From Phycisphaerales bacterium (GTDB lineage Bacteria; Planctomycetota; Phycisphaerae; WQYP01), in contig WQYP01000002.1 in assembly GCA_009781185.1 (NCBI GenBank), positions 6,873-70,872 of the forward strand: 64,000 nucleotides of DNA, read 5' to 3'. Every line of letters begins with the position of its first letter. Position 1 is the first letter of the stretch. The position numbers and the translations under genes were made by a program. The notes beneath the pieces are model-generated. The model saw nothing but the letters and a program-made list of their open reading frames with translations. It was not told where the DNA came from and made no database searches. Positions 35,128-44,310 of the stretch are shown piece by piece.

Positions 35128-37290
35128 ATGAAATCAGGCCATGAGCAATATGGTAGAGTGGCGATTTTCTTTATAATGCCTCCCCGTTCCTTCCGTTTTG
35201 GTCACGGCGATTTGCCTTTCTTTGAGGAATCCATTGTGCAGGATGGCAAAACGACCTCAGACTCCCAAAACCAACCCACCCACGACTACCAGCGCGACTA
35301 CCGGACTCCTGAACGCTCGGATTCCCAAACTCTCCTCATTCTCGACGAGCAAACTCCTCCCGCCCCCAAAACCTACACCTGCGGTTCGCTGACTTACACC
35401 TTGGGCGGAATCTTCTCTCTCTTTGCATGGCTGCTCTGGGGCGACTTTTGTTTCCAACTCATGGAAAACGCGGGGCCAGCGATCATCCCCTTCAAGCTCA
35501 AGGACTTGGGCGCATCGAACACCACGATGCAGGTCATCCTCACCATACTCCCGTCGATTCTGAACGTGACGGTCTGTCCTTGGGTCAGCTACAAGTCCGA
35601 CCGCCATCGCGGACGACTGGGGCGGCGAATTCCCTTCATCCTTTACACGCTCCCCTTCCTTACGGCCTGCCTGATCCTCGTCGGATGGAGCGAGAATATT
35701 ACCCCCTATGTGCGCAACCTCATTCCCGCCCTCCAGTCCACGTCCCCAAAACTGGTGTCCATCGTCCTCATTGGTATTTTCTGGACGATGTTCGCGTTCT
35801 TCAACATGTTCGTCGCCTCGGTGTTCTATTACTTTTTCAACGATGTGGTTCCTCCGCAGTTCCTCGGCCGCTTCGTGAGCCTCTTCAACATGGTCGGCGG
35901 CGGCGCCGGCTCCTTCTTCAACTTTTTCTTTTTCCCCCACGCCAAGACGCACTTTCGGGAAATCCTCACCGGTGTCGCCCTGTTCTACTGCTTTGGTTTC
36001 CTGATGGTCTGCTTCATGGTCCGCGAAGGAAAATACCCCCCGCCTCCCGAACATGACGACTCGGTCAAGCTGAGTCGCCTCGCCGGGCTCATCAGTTTCT
36101 TCAAGCAGTCTTTCACCACGCGACTCTATCTTTATATCTTCCTATTTTCCGCCTTTTCGATGATGGCCGGCTCCATGGGCATGTACAACAATTTTTTCAA
36201 CCTGGATATGAATCTTTCCATGGATCAGATCGGCCATCTCAACGCCTACGGAGGCATCGCCAGTCTCGTGGCCACCTACTTCACCGCCGTCTACATCGAT
36301 CGCTGGCATCCTCTTCGCGTCGCCGCCTACACCGGCATCTTCACGGCCGTCACTGGCTTTGGAAACTGGATCTGGATCTTCGTCCGACTCCCGGGCGAGG
36401 CCTACTTTTGGCTCAGCCTCGCCAACCAACTCATCTTCGTCTTCGGCGGCACGCTCGCCGGCGTCACCGTCATCCCCTTGTTCATGCGAATTTTTCCCAA
36501 GTCGCTTTACGGACAGTTTTCATCGGCTCAGGCCATGACACGCTCCTTCGGCGTCATGATCGCAGGCTTCGTCGCGGGGAGACTCGTCGATAAGCTCTCC
36601 GGATACTTCGGCGGATCCGATTACACCTATCACTTCACCTTCTTCTGGCGCTGGTTTTGGCAATCCGCCGCCGCCGCCTGCCTGTATCTGGCCTATCGAG
36701 ATTGGAAACGCCTCGGCGGCGATGAGAGCTACCGCCCGCCGGCACCGTGGCTACCCGACGGCTTCGAACCGGTTACCGATAAGGTCAAGTCCAGCCCGTC
36801 GAGTTCTCGCAATGTCATGCTCGCGATTTGGCTCGGCGTGTATGGCGCACTCATCAGCCTCGGCCTGAGCGCCATTTTCCTCATCTTCATGCAACGTCAC
36901 CATCTCTCGGAAGCCTTCAACTGGTATATCTATCCCTTCCTTCCGATGAAAGCGTTCCTCACGCTCATTAGCTGGATCCAACTGACCGGGATCAAGCGTG
37001 ACATTCAGAAATCCGCCCGCGGCATCCCCACTCGCCTGGGTATCCCCCATCACGGCGTGCTGATGGTCAACGCCATCCAGGCGCTGTGTTACTTCCCCGT
37101 CTTCTGGCTGCAAACGATCTGGATGATCGAAACGGACAAGCAAAACGAAATCATCTTCTTCGGCATTGCCAATCTCGCCAGCATGATCGCTTCGACGGTC
37201 GGGCTGCAAATTCTTCGGTGGATGGAACGGCCGGTGACGGGGGCGAGCGCGACGGCGTTCGAACTCGCGGAAGAGGCGGCCGCCATATAG
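35128..37290 (+). CDS. MFS / GPH-family cation symporter-like transporter with long N- and C-terminal extensions.
   Basis: 12+ hydrophobic helices. DRHRGRLGRRIPFIL resembles the GPH-family R.GRRRP motif after TM2. The start is uncertain; an alternative ATG is at 35179. Confidence 0.6.
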   Translation: MKSGHEQYGRVAIFFIMPPRSFRFGHGDLPFFEESIVQDGKTTSDSQNQPTHDYQRDYRTPERSDSQTLLILDEQTPPAPKTYTCGSLTYTLGGIFSLFAWLLWGDFCFQLMENAGPAIIPFKLKDLGASNTTMQVILTILPSILNVTVCPWVSYKSDRHRGRLGRRIPFILYTLPFLTACLILVGWSENITPYVRNLIPALQSTSPKLVSIVLIGIFWTMFAFFNMFVASVFYYFFNDVVPPQFLGRFVSLFNMVGGGAGSFFNFFFFPHAKTHFREILTGVALFYCFGFLMVCFMVREGKYPPPPEHDDSVKLSRLAGLISFFKQSFTTRLYLYIFLFSAFSMMAGSMGMYNNFFNLDMNLSMDQIGHLNAYGGIASLVATYFTAVYIDRWHPLRVAAYTGIFTAVTGFGNWIWIFVRLPGEAYFWLSLANQLIFVFGGTLAGVTVIPLFMRIFPKSLYGQFSSAQAMTRSFGVMIAGFVAGRLVDKLSGYFGGSDYTYHFTFFWRWFWQSAAAACLYLAYRDWKRLGGDESYRPPAPWLPDGFEPVTDKVKSSPSSSRNVMLAIWLGVYGALISLGLSAIFLIFMQRHHLSEAFNWYIYPFLPMKAFLTLISWIQLTGIKRDIQKSARGIPTRLGIPHHGVLMVNAIQALCYFPVFWLQTIWMIETDKQNEIIFFGIANLASMIASTVGLQILRWMERPVTGASATAFELAEEAAAI

Positions 37291-37483
37291 CCCCGGCTTT
37301 AGCCGGGATCGGCGGGGAGAGAGGGCAGGGACATGATGTGAGGTGCACGGATGCGGGATAGGTCCGAGGAAAGCGAATCCCGGCTAAAGCCGGGACTATA
37401 TGGAATGATCAGAGCAATACTCGACCACGTGGTCCGTTCTTCAGAAATGGCACGGTTTTATGACATCATCTAAGGACTGATTC

Positions 37484-39427
37484 ATGCGTTCAGGATCGTT
37501 GGCGATTTTGTGTGCGGTTGTGGCGGTTGCCAGCTCGGCGTGGGCACAGGATCAGGGCGGGGCGGGGGTTGTGTGCAATGTGAAAGTACTCTCCGATAAG
37601 GTTCTGGATGTTTCGAGCCTCGAAGCGTGGAAGAAATCCTACATTAAAGAGGGAATGACGGATCAGGAGAAGGCGATCGCGGTCTGGAGGACGGTGGTGA
37701 CGTATCAGCATCAGGACGCGCCGCCGGTGGAGTATCTGCAGGCGGGCGGAAAAGGAATCCTGGTCGATCCGATCAAAATGTTCAACGTCTACGGCTATTC
37801 GTTCTGCTCGGTGGCCGCGTCGGAGGTGTGCGAGTTAGGGAAAATCGCGGGGCTCAAGTGCCGCGGATGGGCGATCAGGAATCATAACGTCATGGAACTC
37901 GGCTACGATAACTCGTGGCACCTCTTCGATGCGTCGCTGATCAACTATTTCCCCAAGCCCGACGGCACGATTGCGTCGATCGAAGAAGTCAGCGGCGCGA
38001 TCAAAGCGTGGCTGGATGAACATCCGGACCTGAAGGGCAACGGCAAGAAATTGCAGGCTTTCCACTTCGCCGATCAAAAGCAGGGCTGGCGAAAAGGCCC
38101 CGAACTGCTGGCCAAATGCCCCTGGTACACCTCGAACGGCTGGTGGCCGGCCAAGACCCACGGCTGGTACAGCACGATGCAGGAATACGACTGCAAACCC
38201 TACCTTCAGCAAGATTCGCCATCGCTGAGCTACAGCGTGAACATCCAATTGCGTCAGGGCGAGAAGCTTACACGGAACTGGAGCAATAAGGGGCTGCACA
38301 GCAGTATGGATGGTGGTGGCGGTGCGCCGGGGTGTGCCAAGGCGGTGACTGGGAAGGAGCCGTTGCTGCATACGCCGCAGTTTGGGGATATTGCGCCGGG
38401 GCGGGTGGGCAATGGGCTGCTGGAATACGACGCGATGGCGGACAAGAGTTTGCCGACGACGGCGTTGACGTTTGATAATCTCGCCTTTGACGGCGGGAAG
38501 GCGCGAATCAAAGATGCCGCAAAACCGGGCGTGATGGTGGTACGGATGCCGACCAGCTACGTCTATCTGACGGGCACAATGGACCTGAAAGCCGCCATGA
38601 GCGACGGCGGGTCGATTGCAGTGTCGTTCAGCGACAACAACGGCCTGGACTGGAAAGAAGTCACCAAAATCGACAAGGCAGGCGATCAGAACGTGGATCT
38701 GTCAAAGCGTGTACTGCGGCGGTACGACTATCGTTTGAAGTTTGAGTTCAACGGCGCCGGCGCTGGCTTGGACGCATTGAAAATCAAACATGACATTCAG
38801 CACTCGCAGCGGCCACTGCCGGCGCTGGGACAAGGTGAAAATACCATCACCTTCTCGGCTGGCCCGCAACTGAGCACCATGCGACTCGACGGCACCGTCG
38901 GCGACTTCGGCGAAAAACAGGTACGCTACACCGACTTCCATCCGGAAGTGGACAAGCTCAACAAACAGCTCGGCGGAAAAGGCTCCATCACCTTCCCGTT
39001 CGAAACGCCCGGCGAACTCAAGAGCATTCGCGCAGGCTGCTTCTATCGCGGCCCAGCGGACAGCTACGAAGTGCAACTCTCCTACGACGGCGGCAAAACA
39101 TTCACCACCGTCTCCACCACGCCCAACCTTTCCGGCGACAATTGCAACAGTCTCAATCCCACGGTGACCGACTTGCCGGCGGGATTGAAGACGGCGCAGG
39201 TGCGATATCTCGCCAAGGGCGCCGCGGCGATGAACACCTACTGGATCGTAGCGGACTACAAGCCCGCGGCCGCTGGTTTCCGGCCGGTGAAGGTCACGTA
39301 TGTCTGGGAAGAGGACGGCAAGGAAAAGACGGATGTGCATGTAGCCAAAACGCCAGAAGACACCTACAAGATCAACTGCGAAACCAAGCCGACAATGAAA
39401 AACATCGTCCTGGAACTGGCAGATTAG
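37484..39427 (+). CDS. Secreted transglutaminase-like (papain-fold Cys-His-Asp) domain protein.
   Basis: Signal peptide MRSGSLAILCAVVAVASSAWA. Core YGYSFCSVAASEVCELGKIAGLKCRGWAIRNHNVMELGYDNSWHLFDASL shows the transglutaminase-like C...H...D spacing. Confidence 0.55.
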   Translation: MRSGSLAILCAVVAVASSAWAQDQGGAGVVCNVKVLSDKVLDVSSLEAWKKSYIKEGMTDQEKAIAVWRTVVTYQHQDAPPVEYLQAGGKGILVDPIKMFNVYGYSFCSVAASEVCELGKIAGLKCRGWAIRNHNVMELGYDNSWHLFDASLINYFPKPDGTIASIEEVSGAIKAWLDEHPDLKGNGKKLQAFHFADQKQGWRKGPELLAKCPWYTSNGWWPAKTHGWYSTMQEYDCKPYLQQDSPSLSYSVNIQLRQGEKLTRNWSNKGLHSSMDGGGGAPGCAKAVTGKEPLLHTPQFGDIAPGRVGNGLLEYDAMADKSLPTTALTFDNLAFDGGKARIKDAAKPGVMVVRMPTSYVYLTGTMDLKAAMSDGGSIAVSFSDNNGLDWKEVTKIDKAGDQNVDLSKRVLRRYDYRLKFEFNGAGAGLDALKIKHDIQHSQRPLPALGQGENTITFSAGPQLSTMRLDGTVGDFGEKQVRYTDFHPEVDKLNKQLGGKGSITFPFETPGELKSIRAGCFYRGPADSYEVQLSYDGGKTFTTVSTTPNLSGDNCNSLNPTVTDLPAGLKTAQVRYLAKGAAAMNTYWIVADYKPAAAGFRPVKVTYVWEEDGKEKTDVHVAKTPEDTYKINCETKPTMKNIVLELAD

Positions 39428-39529
39428 CCTTGCGTGGCAACGCAAGGCTTAACGCCTCCTGCGCGTCTCATCCATACGTTCCAGGAGGGTTTCTGGCGGT
39501 CCGAAGCCTTGCGATTCCTCGCAAGGCTA
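39426..39529. repeat. Two copies of the small hairpin family B (CCTTGCG-N6-CGCAAGG) between convergent genes.
   Basis: AGCCTTGCGtggcaaCGCAAGGCT at 39426-39450 and GCCTTGCGattcctCGCAAGGCT at 39504-39529. A third copy is at 41432-41458. Confidence 0.75.
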
Positions 39530-39530
39530 T

Positions 39531-40730
39531 TTACTCATACCGGCACCACCGCTGCGCCGCGGCCATCAGCAGCCGCATCCCTGTCAGACGCGAGCCGTTA
39601 TTGATCGAACCGGCGGTGGCGAAGACGAGGCCGCGTTGGGCCTTCGCTTGCTCGAAGTCCCGCAGAAGCTCCATCACCATATTTTCTTCTTCGTTGCGTG
39701 AGAACGTGAATGGGGCCAACTGGCCGTAGATGACTGCACGGGGGCAATGTTTTCGGATGTCGGAGACCGTCAGCGTCGGGCCGAAGTTGGCGCCGGTGAG
39801 ATGCATCGAGCCCAGGATCGGCAGCAGATGTCCCATCGCGGAGTCCGAATGCTGGAACCGCCGATCCTCCGGGTTCGGCGACCAGCGGGCGAAAATCGCG
39901 CGCAAAATCGGAGCGCCGAACAACTCGTACATTTCGATGTTGAACAGGCAGCAGTTGTCGTCGAAAAACGAGAAGCCGTGCGGGGCGGTCTGGGGAGTGT
40001 AACCTGCCTCTTCGTCCAGGATTCGGCCACGTTCCAGCATCGCTCGCAAAATCAAGTCCCGAAACCGTACCGCAAGGTCCGGATTGTCCATGCACAAGAG
40101 CAGCATGTTTTCCGATCCGAAAATCGAACAGGCAAAAGTGCACGGTCCCCGCTGCGAGCGGTACAGCGCCGGTTTGATCCCTCGAGGCAACAGCCGAGCT
40201 TTCGCTTCCTCCCACCCCTCCGGCAGCATGAACGCTCGCAGATTCTCCAACCGCCGCTCCACGCGATCCAACAGCGCCTTGAGCTGATCCTCGGTGTTGG
40301 CCACCTGTTTGAGCCACCAAGACCAGCCGTGCCATTCGTTGACGCCCTCGAAGATGTCGTGGAGCATCTTGACCGGCGGGTACTGCCGGTCTGCAGGCGG
40401 GGGCATTTCCTCGGACAAAATCCGCTTCCCAATAATCTTCTGAGCCTTGTCGTTGTAGACTTTGTGCAGACCGATCCGCCAGGCGGCGTCGTTGTAGAGC
40501 CGCCAAAAATCCTCCGTCACGCCCAGCTCATCAAACACCGGCTCATCGGAATTAAAAATTCCCAACGGCACCTGCCCCCCCCCCTTCCCTGCAAACGGAT
40601 CCTTCGCCGCAACATCCTGATCGGCCCAGAACCACTCCAGATCTACCGGCGTCAGTCCGCCATTGGCCTTAGCTTCCGCCACCAATCCGCGAGCCTTGGC
40701 CACATGATCCGCCGGCGGCACATACGCCAT
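39531..40730 (-). CDS. Uroporphyrinogen-decarboxylase (URO-D) superfamily protein (MtaA/CmuA-like).
   Basis: Pattern ...RGPCTFACSIFGSENMLL...DDNCCLFNIEMYELFGAPILRAI...HSDSAMGHLLPILGSMHLTGANFG... resembles the URO-D fold. The track start at 40799 lies inside a REP palindrome, so MAYVPP at 40730 is preferred. Confidence 0.45.
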   Translation of the reverse strand: MAYVPPADHVAKARGLVAEAKANGGLTPVDLEWFWADQDVAAKDPFAGKGGGQVPLGIFNSDEPVFDELGVTEDFWRLYNDAAWRIGLHKVYNDKAQKIIGKRILSEEMPPPADRQYPPVKMLHDIFEGVNEWHGWSWWLKQVANTEDQLKALLDRVERRLENLRAFMLPEGWEEAKARLLPRGIKPALYRSQRGPCTFACSIFGSENMLLLCMDNPDLAVRFRDLILRAMLERGRILDEEAGYTPQTAPHGFSFFDDNCCLFNIEMYELFGAPILRAIFARWSPNPEDRRFQHSDSAMGHLLPILGSMHLTGANFGPTLTVSDIRKHCPRAVIYGQLAPFTFSRNEEENMVMELLRDFEQAKAQRGLVFATAGSINNGSRLTGMRLLMAAAQRWCRYE

Positions 40731-40756
40731 CACCCTATCTCCTGCACAGAACCGAA

Positions 40757-40820
40757 CCATCAGAGCCGCAATCGTAAGATTGCGGTTATTGTTTCGCAAT
40801 CTTACGATTGCGGCTCTGAT
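40757..40820. repeat. REP-like palindromic element family A, copy 3.
   Basis: CATCAGAGCCGCAATCGTAAGATTGCGG...CGCAATCTTACGATTGCGGCTCTGAT, followed by a G7 run. Confidence 0.8.
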
Positions 40821-40856
40821 TTTTGGGGGGGCGTGACATGTTTACAAGTTCCCCTC

Positions 40857-40910
40857 ATATCGCATCCAAGGCAAGCGAGCGTTGATCTTCGATCAACGGC
40901 TAAACTTTTG
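40857..40910 (+). repeat. 53-54-bp element, copy 2 (identical to 30773-30826).
   Basis: Same orientation and similar distance to a downstream minus-strand start codon as copy 1. Confidence 0.8.
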
Positions 40911-40931
40911 CGGGGAAGAGAGATGTTGATA

Positions 40932-41339
40932 TTACGTGTCCAAGATGATTTTGCTGGGGGTACTGGGTGCTGCAGTGGTCGGCGGCGGTGTTGCGGGGAT
41001 TTGGCCGGTCATGCCGCCGTTGATCGCTTCCTGGACCTTTCGCATCAGGTCCATGTATTCGCCCTGCACGGTGGCGAATTTTTTGAGCATGGGGTTCATC
41101 ATGATGCTCTGCTGAAGCATTTCGAACTGCTTTTTCTCCGCGACCTCGATGGGCTGCATTTGCGATTCTTTCATCGAGAGCGTTTCAATGAGCTGCTCGT
41201 ACTGCTGCAGAAGGCTCTTGGCGCCGACGTCGAGGTCGAGCTGGCGAATGGTTTCCTTGTAAGCGGTGACTGCCGGGTGGGTTGCCACCAGCGCTCCGAG
41301 GCCGGCTGCCGCGTTGAGAACTTCTTGTGTGTCCGCCAT
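40932..41339 (-). CDS. YlbF/YmcA-like (UPF0342) small regulatory protein.
   Basis: 135 aa, helical, with LLQQYEQLIETL...QFEMLQQSIMMNPMLKKF typical of the YlbF family. Confidence 0.45.
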   Translation of the reverse strand: MADTQEVLNAAAGLGALVATHPAVTAYKETIRQLDLDVGAKSLLQQYEQLIETLSMKESQMQPIEVAEKKQFEMLQQSIMMNPMLKKFATVQGEYMDLMRKVQEAINGGMTGQIPATPPPTTAAPSTPSKIILDT

Positions 41340-41459
41340 CGAAAAACTCCAGAGAAATAGGAAGCCGCTTCATGATAACCCCGATTTCCGTCGGGGAGAA
41401 GCTGAGCGAGCCCATTTTTCAGATCGCAAATAACCTTGCGTTTCCACGCAAGGCTATCA

Positions 41460-44264
41460 TTAAAAGATGCACAACTTGCCGTCGGGAACGAAGCTCTGGT
41501 CGTTCGTGATGATCAGCTTGTTCAAATGGAGTTCGTTCGGGCGGCCCAGGAGCTTGGAACGCGTGATCGTGAGCGTTTGTTCGCCGGCTTTCAGGTGGTA
41601 GATGCCCTCCATGCCTTTTTTGGCACTGTTGGGACAATAGCGAGACCAGAGCCATTCTTTGCTGAAGACTTTCCCGTACAGGCCGCCCAGGCCGTAAAAT
41701 TCCTTGAGAGATTCTTTCTTATCATTGAGTTGGAGTTGCAGAGGCACCCAATCCGCGACGGTGGCACGCCACTGATGCCAGATCACGTAATCGCCCTCCA
41801 CCGGCACGTTAAATTTCAACGTGAAAGTTTCCGTTTCCTTGAGCAGCACATACTTTCCGTTGGATGCCGTCGCATCTGCCTGTATTGCACCGCCCTTGCC
41901 CGTGGCGTAATCGACGTTCACCGTCTGCACGGTGATGGCCGGTGTAGCGACCGCAACGGCCGCACTGGGTTGCGAAACGGAGCCGTCGTAATCGATCGCG
42001 GTAACTTTGTAGTAATACTGTGTGCCAGGCTTGAGGCCCCAATCGACGATATGCTCGGTTCCGGCCGGTGGCGAATATAACAGGTTCGACTGGGCCGGTA
42101 CGAAGTCGGGTTTGTCGGCGGCGTAGACGTTGTAGTAACGGATGCCGGGGATCGCCGCCCAAGTCACTTCCGACGCATAAGGTGTCAGAGGTTTGGTTTT
42201 CACGTTCGCTGGAACCTGTGGCAGAGGCGATGTGGCGGTCGGATAATCCAACCCTCGCCCAGTGGGCGTACTGCCGTCGGATGTCAGGAAGATTCGGTCC
42301 AGTTTGAAGCCCTTCGATTCGGAGCTCAACTTGATTTCGCCGGAAACTTTCCCCACGTTGACCCATGTCCAATCCGCATATGTTTTGGCGGGGATGGCTG
42401 TGTCATTGACCTTGAACGCCGCATCGCCCCCCCCCATCCCGCCCACACGCACCCATACCTGAGCGTCCTTGTTGGGATTCGTGAAGCTGACCGAACATTT
42501 CGTGCCGGCCAGCGGGACGAACAGGTAGTACATATCGCCGGTGTTGACCGGATCGAAGCCCTGCTTGAATCCGGCAAACTCGCCAAGCTCTGGTTCGATG
42601 TAGGTTGCTACCGGCATACCGGCATCGCTGGCGACATCGTTGGAATAGCGACTCAGCAGCCCGGACCATTCCTGAGCCCGTACCGCGAAGAAGACTTTCT
42701 CGCCCTGCTTGACGCCGGGGACGACGAAGCTGAGCGGTTCCATGTAAGGCACGATGGGCGATTCAGGCGTATCCACCCACCCGACCTGCCGATACGCCTG
42801 GCCGCTCTTGTTGGTCTGATAGATGCGATAGCCTTTCGCCTCGCTGCTGAGTGTGTCGGGTGTCCAGGTTAATTTGAACCCTTGCGGCGTCCATTGGCCG
42901 GTCAATTTCTGCGGCGTCCGCGGATTGGCCGCGACGACCAGATATTCATTCATGTTGTCGGTCATGGAGGACATGAACATGACCTTGGTACCGTCGGGGC
43001 TCAGCAGGCCAAAGGGGATGCTGTTGTAGGACAAGATTCGAGGGTCCTGCGGGCAGGTGCTGCACAAGCGGATCGGGCTTGCATCTTCCCGCATGCTCAG
43101 GCGGACAATTTCCGCGCCGAACGGACTCGACCAACTGCATTCCGACCAGTTGGGATCATTGGTCCAACTGCAATGTCCTTCGGTTTTTCCCTTTGCATTG
43201 AACTGCACCACTTCCTCGCCGGTGACATAGTTATGTCTCCGCACGCCGCCGGGGCCTTCAAAAATCTGGAGCTTTCCGAGAGGGCCAAAAGCGCCGTGCG
43301 AGAGAATGGGCGTTCGTTCAAGCAATTTGCCTTCGACGCTCAGAAAGTGAGTCTGGTGGGCTTTGTCGCCGAAGAGCTCGCCCATGAGGGTGGTTTTGAG
43401 TTTGTTTTCCGGGCCACGTGCAAATGTGACGGAGTGCATGCCGCCGCGGACGTCCGATTCGCCTTCCGTTGTTACCGGCGCCGGTATCTCCGGCGTGGGA
43501 TTTTTGATTTCGGCGACGACGCCGCCATCCCAGCGAAAGCTGCGATAGACGCTGCCATCGGTAGCCGCGACGCAAATACGGCGAGCTTTGTCCTGTCCGC
43601 CGTCCAACCAGCAGAGCCATTGGCCGTCCTCGGAGATTCCGGCGATGCCGCCGGCCTTGGGCGCCGAGGGAGCAAGGAACCGCAGCATTTTTTGTTGCTT
43701 GACGTCATAAGCCCATACGCCTTTTTGCCCTTTGTAGGGACCATGAAAGAACGAAATATAGGGCTCCGTGGGGCTCCACCTGTCCAATGGCACCGTCGGC
43801 ACTTGCATGGCACAGCTTTCCTGATCCATCAAAAACGTCCCGGCACCGTTATCGCTGAACTTCATCAATCGCCCATTGGCGTTCCATGGATTCTTGGTCG
43901 CATGGGTAATCACGCCATTGGTGTGACTGGTCAGCCGCCAGACTTCCGCGCCCGTATACAGGTCCCGGAAGATGGTGCGAACACTTGGGGTCACGCCGTC
44001 CTTGGCAGCGGGAAGGATGCCGGAGGGCTTTTCTGTTGCCAGCAGCCCATATGGCCGGACTCGCCCACGTTTCATAAGCGTATCGAGCCCCTGGTCCTTG
44101 ATTGGCCGATCGAGGAACAGCCAGGGCCATTGCCCGTCAAATTGCAGACTGTCGATCGTCGTTGGCACCAGGGCCTTCGGACCGGCGGGCTGTGCGAGTG
44201 CCGCCGTCACAACCGCCGCGGAAACAAACAATGTTGCTAACCGTGCTTGACTTGAAAACTTCAT
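41460..44264 (-). CDS. Secreted ~935-aa protein, paralog 1 of 3. TolB-like beta-propeller (PD40 repeats), two FN3 domains, and a C-terminal beta-sandwich (CBM-like) domain.
   Basis: Signal peptide. PD40-like segments (SPDGTKVMFMSSMTDNMNEYLVV). FN3 (...GYRIYQTNKSGQAYRQVGWV; ...YYNVYAADKPDF...YYYKVTAIDYDGSVS). ~70% identical to 44311..47130, and near-identical DNA stretches shared with 48467..51259. Preferred start is the ATG encoding MKFSSQARLATL. Confidence 0.7.
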   Translation of the reverse strand: MKFSSQARLATLFVSAAVVTAALAQPAGPKALVPTTIDSLQFDGQWPWLFLDRPIKDQGLDTLMKRGRVRPYGLLATEKPSGILPAAKDGVTPSVRTIFRDLYTGAEVWRLTSHTNGVITHATKNPWNANGRLMKFSDNGAGTFLMDQESCAMQVPTVPLDRWSPTEPYISFFHGPYKGQKGVWAYDVKQQKMLRFLAPSAPKAGGIAGISEDGQWLCWLDGGQDKARRICVAATDGSVYRSFRWDGGVVAEIKNPTPEIPAPVTTEGESDVRGGMHSVTFARGPENKLKTTLMGELFGDKAHQTHFLSVEGKLLERTPILSHGAFGPLGKLQIFEGPGGVRRHNYVTGEEVVQFNAKGKTEGHCSWTNDPNWSECSWSSPFGAEIVRLSMREDASPIRLCSTCPQDPRILSYNSIPFGLLSPDGTKVMFMSSMTDNMNEYLVVAANPRTPQKLTGQWTPQGFKLTWTPDTLSSEAKGYRIYQTNKSGQAYRQVGWVDTPESPIVPYMEPLSFVVPGVKQGEKVFFAVRAQEWSGLLSRYSNDVASDAGMPVATYIEPELGEFAGFKQGFDPVNTGDMYYLFVPLAGTKCSVSFTNPNKDAQVWVRVGGMGGGDAAFKVNDTAIPAKTYADWTWVNVGKVSGEIKLSSESKGFKLDRIFLTSDGSTPTGRGLDYPTATSPLPQVPANVKTKPLTPYASEVTWAAIPGIRYYNVYAADKPDFVPAQSNLLYSPPAGTEHIVDWGLKPGTQYYYKVTAIDYDGSVSQPSAAVAVATPAITVQTVNVDYATGKGGAIQADATASNGKYVLLKETETFTLKFNVPVEGDYVIWHQWRATVADWVPLQLQLNDKKESLKEFYGLGGLYGKVFSKEWLWSRYCPNSAKKGMEGIYHLKAGEQTLTITRSKLLGRPNELHLNKLIITNDQSFVPDGKLCIF

Positions 44265-44310
44265 AAACGTCACTCCTAATGACTAATATACTAATAACTA
44301 ATATACTTAT

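Noticed and set aside
39531-40799. Track start at 40799 for the URO-D-like gene (MRNNNRNLTIAALMVRFCAGDR...).
   Set aside because: The first 23 codons are the reverse complement of REP palindrome copy 3; the start was moved to MAYVPP at 40730.
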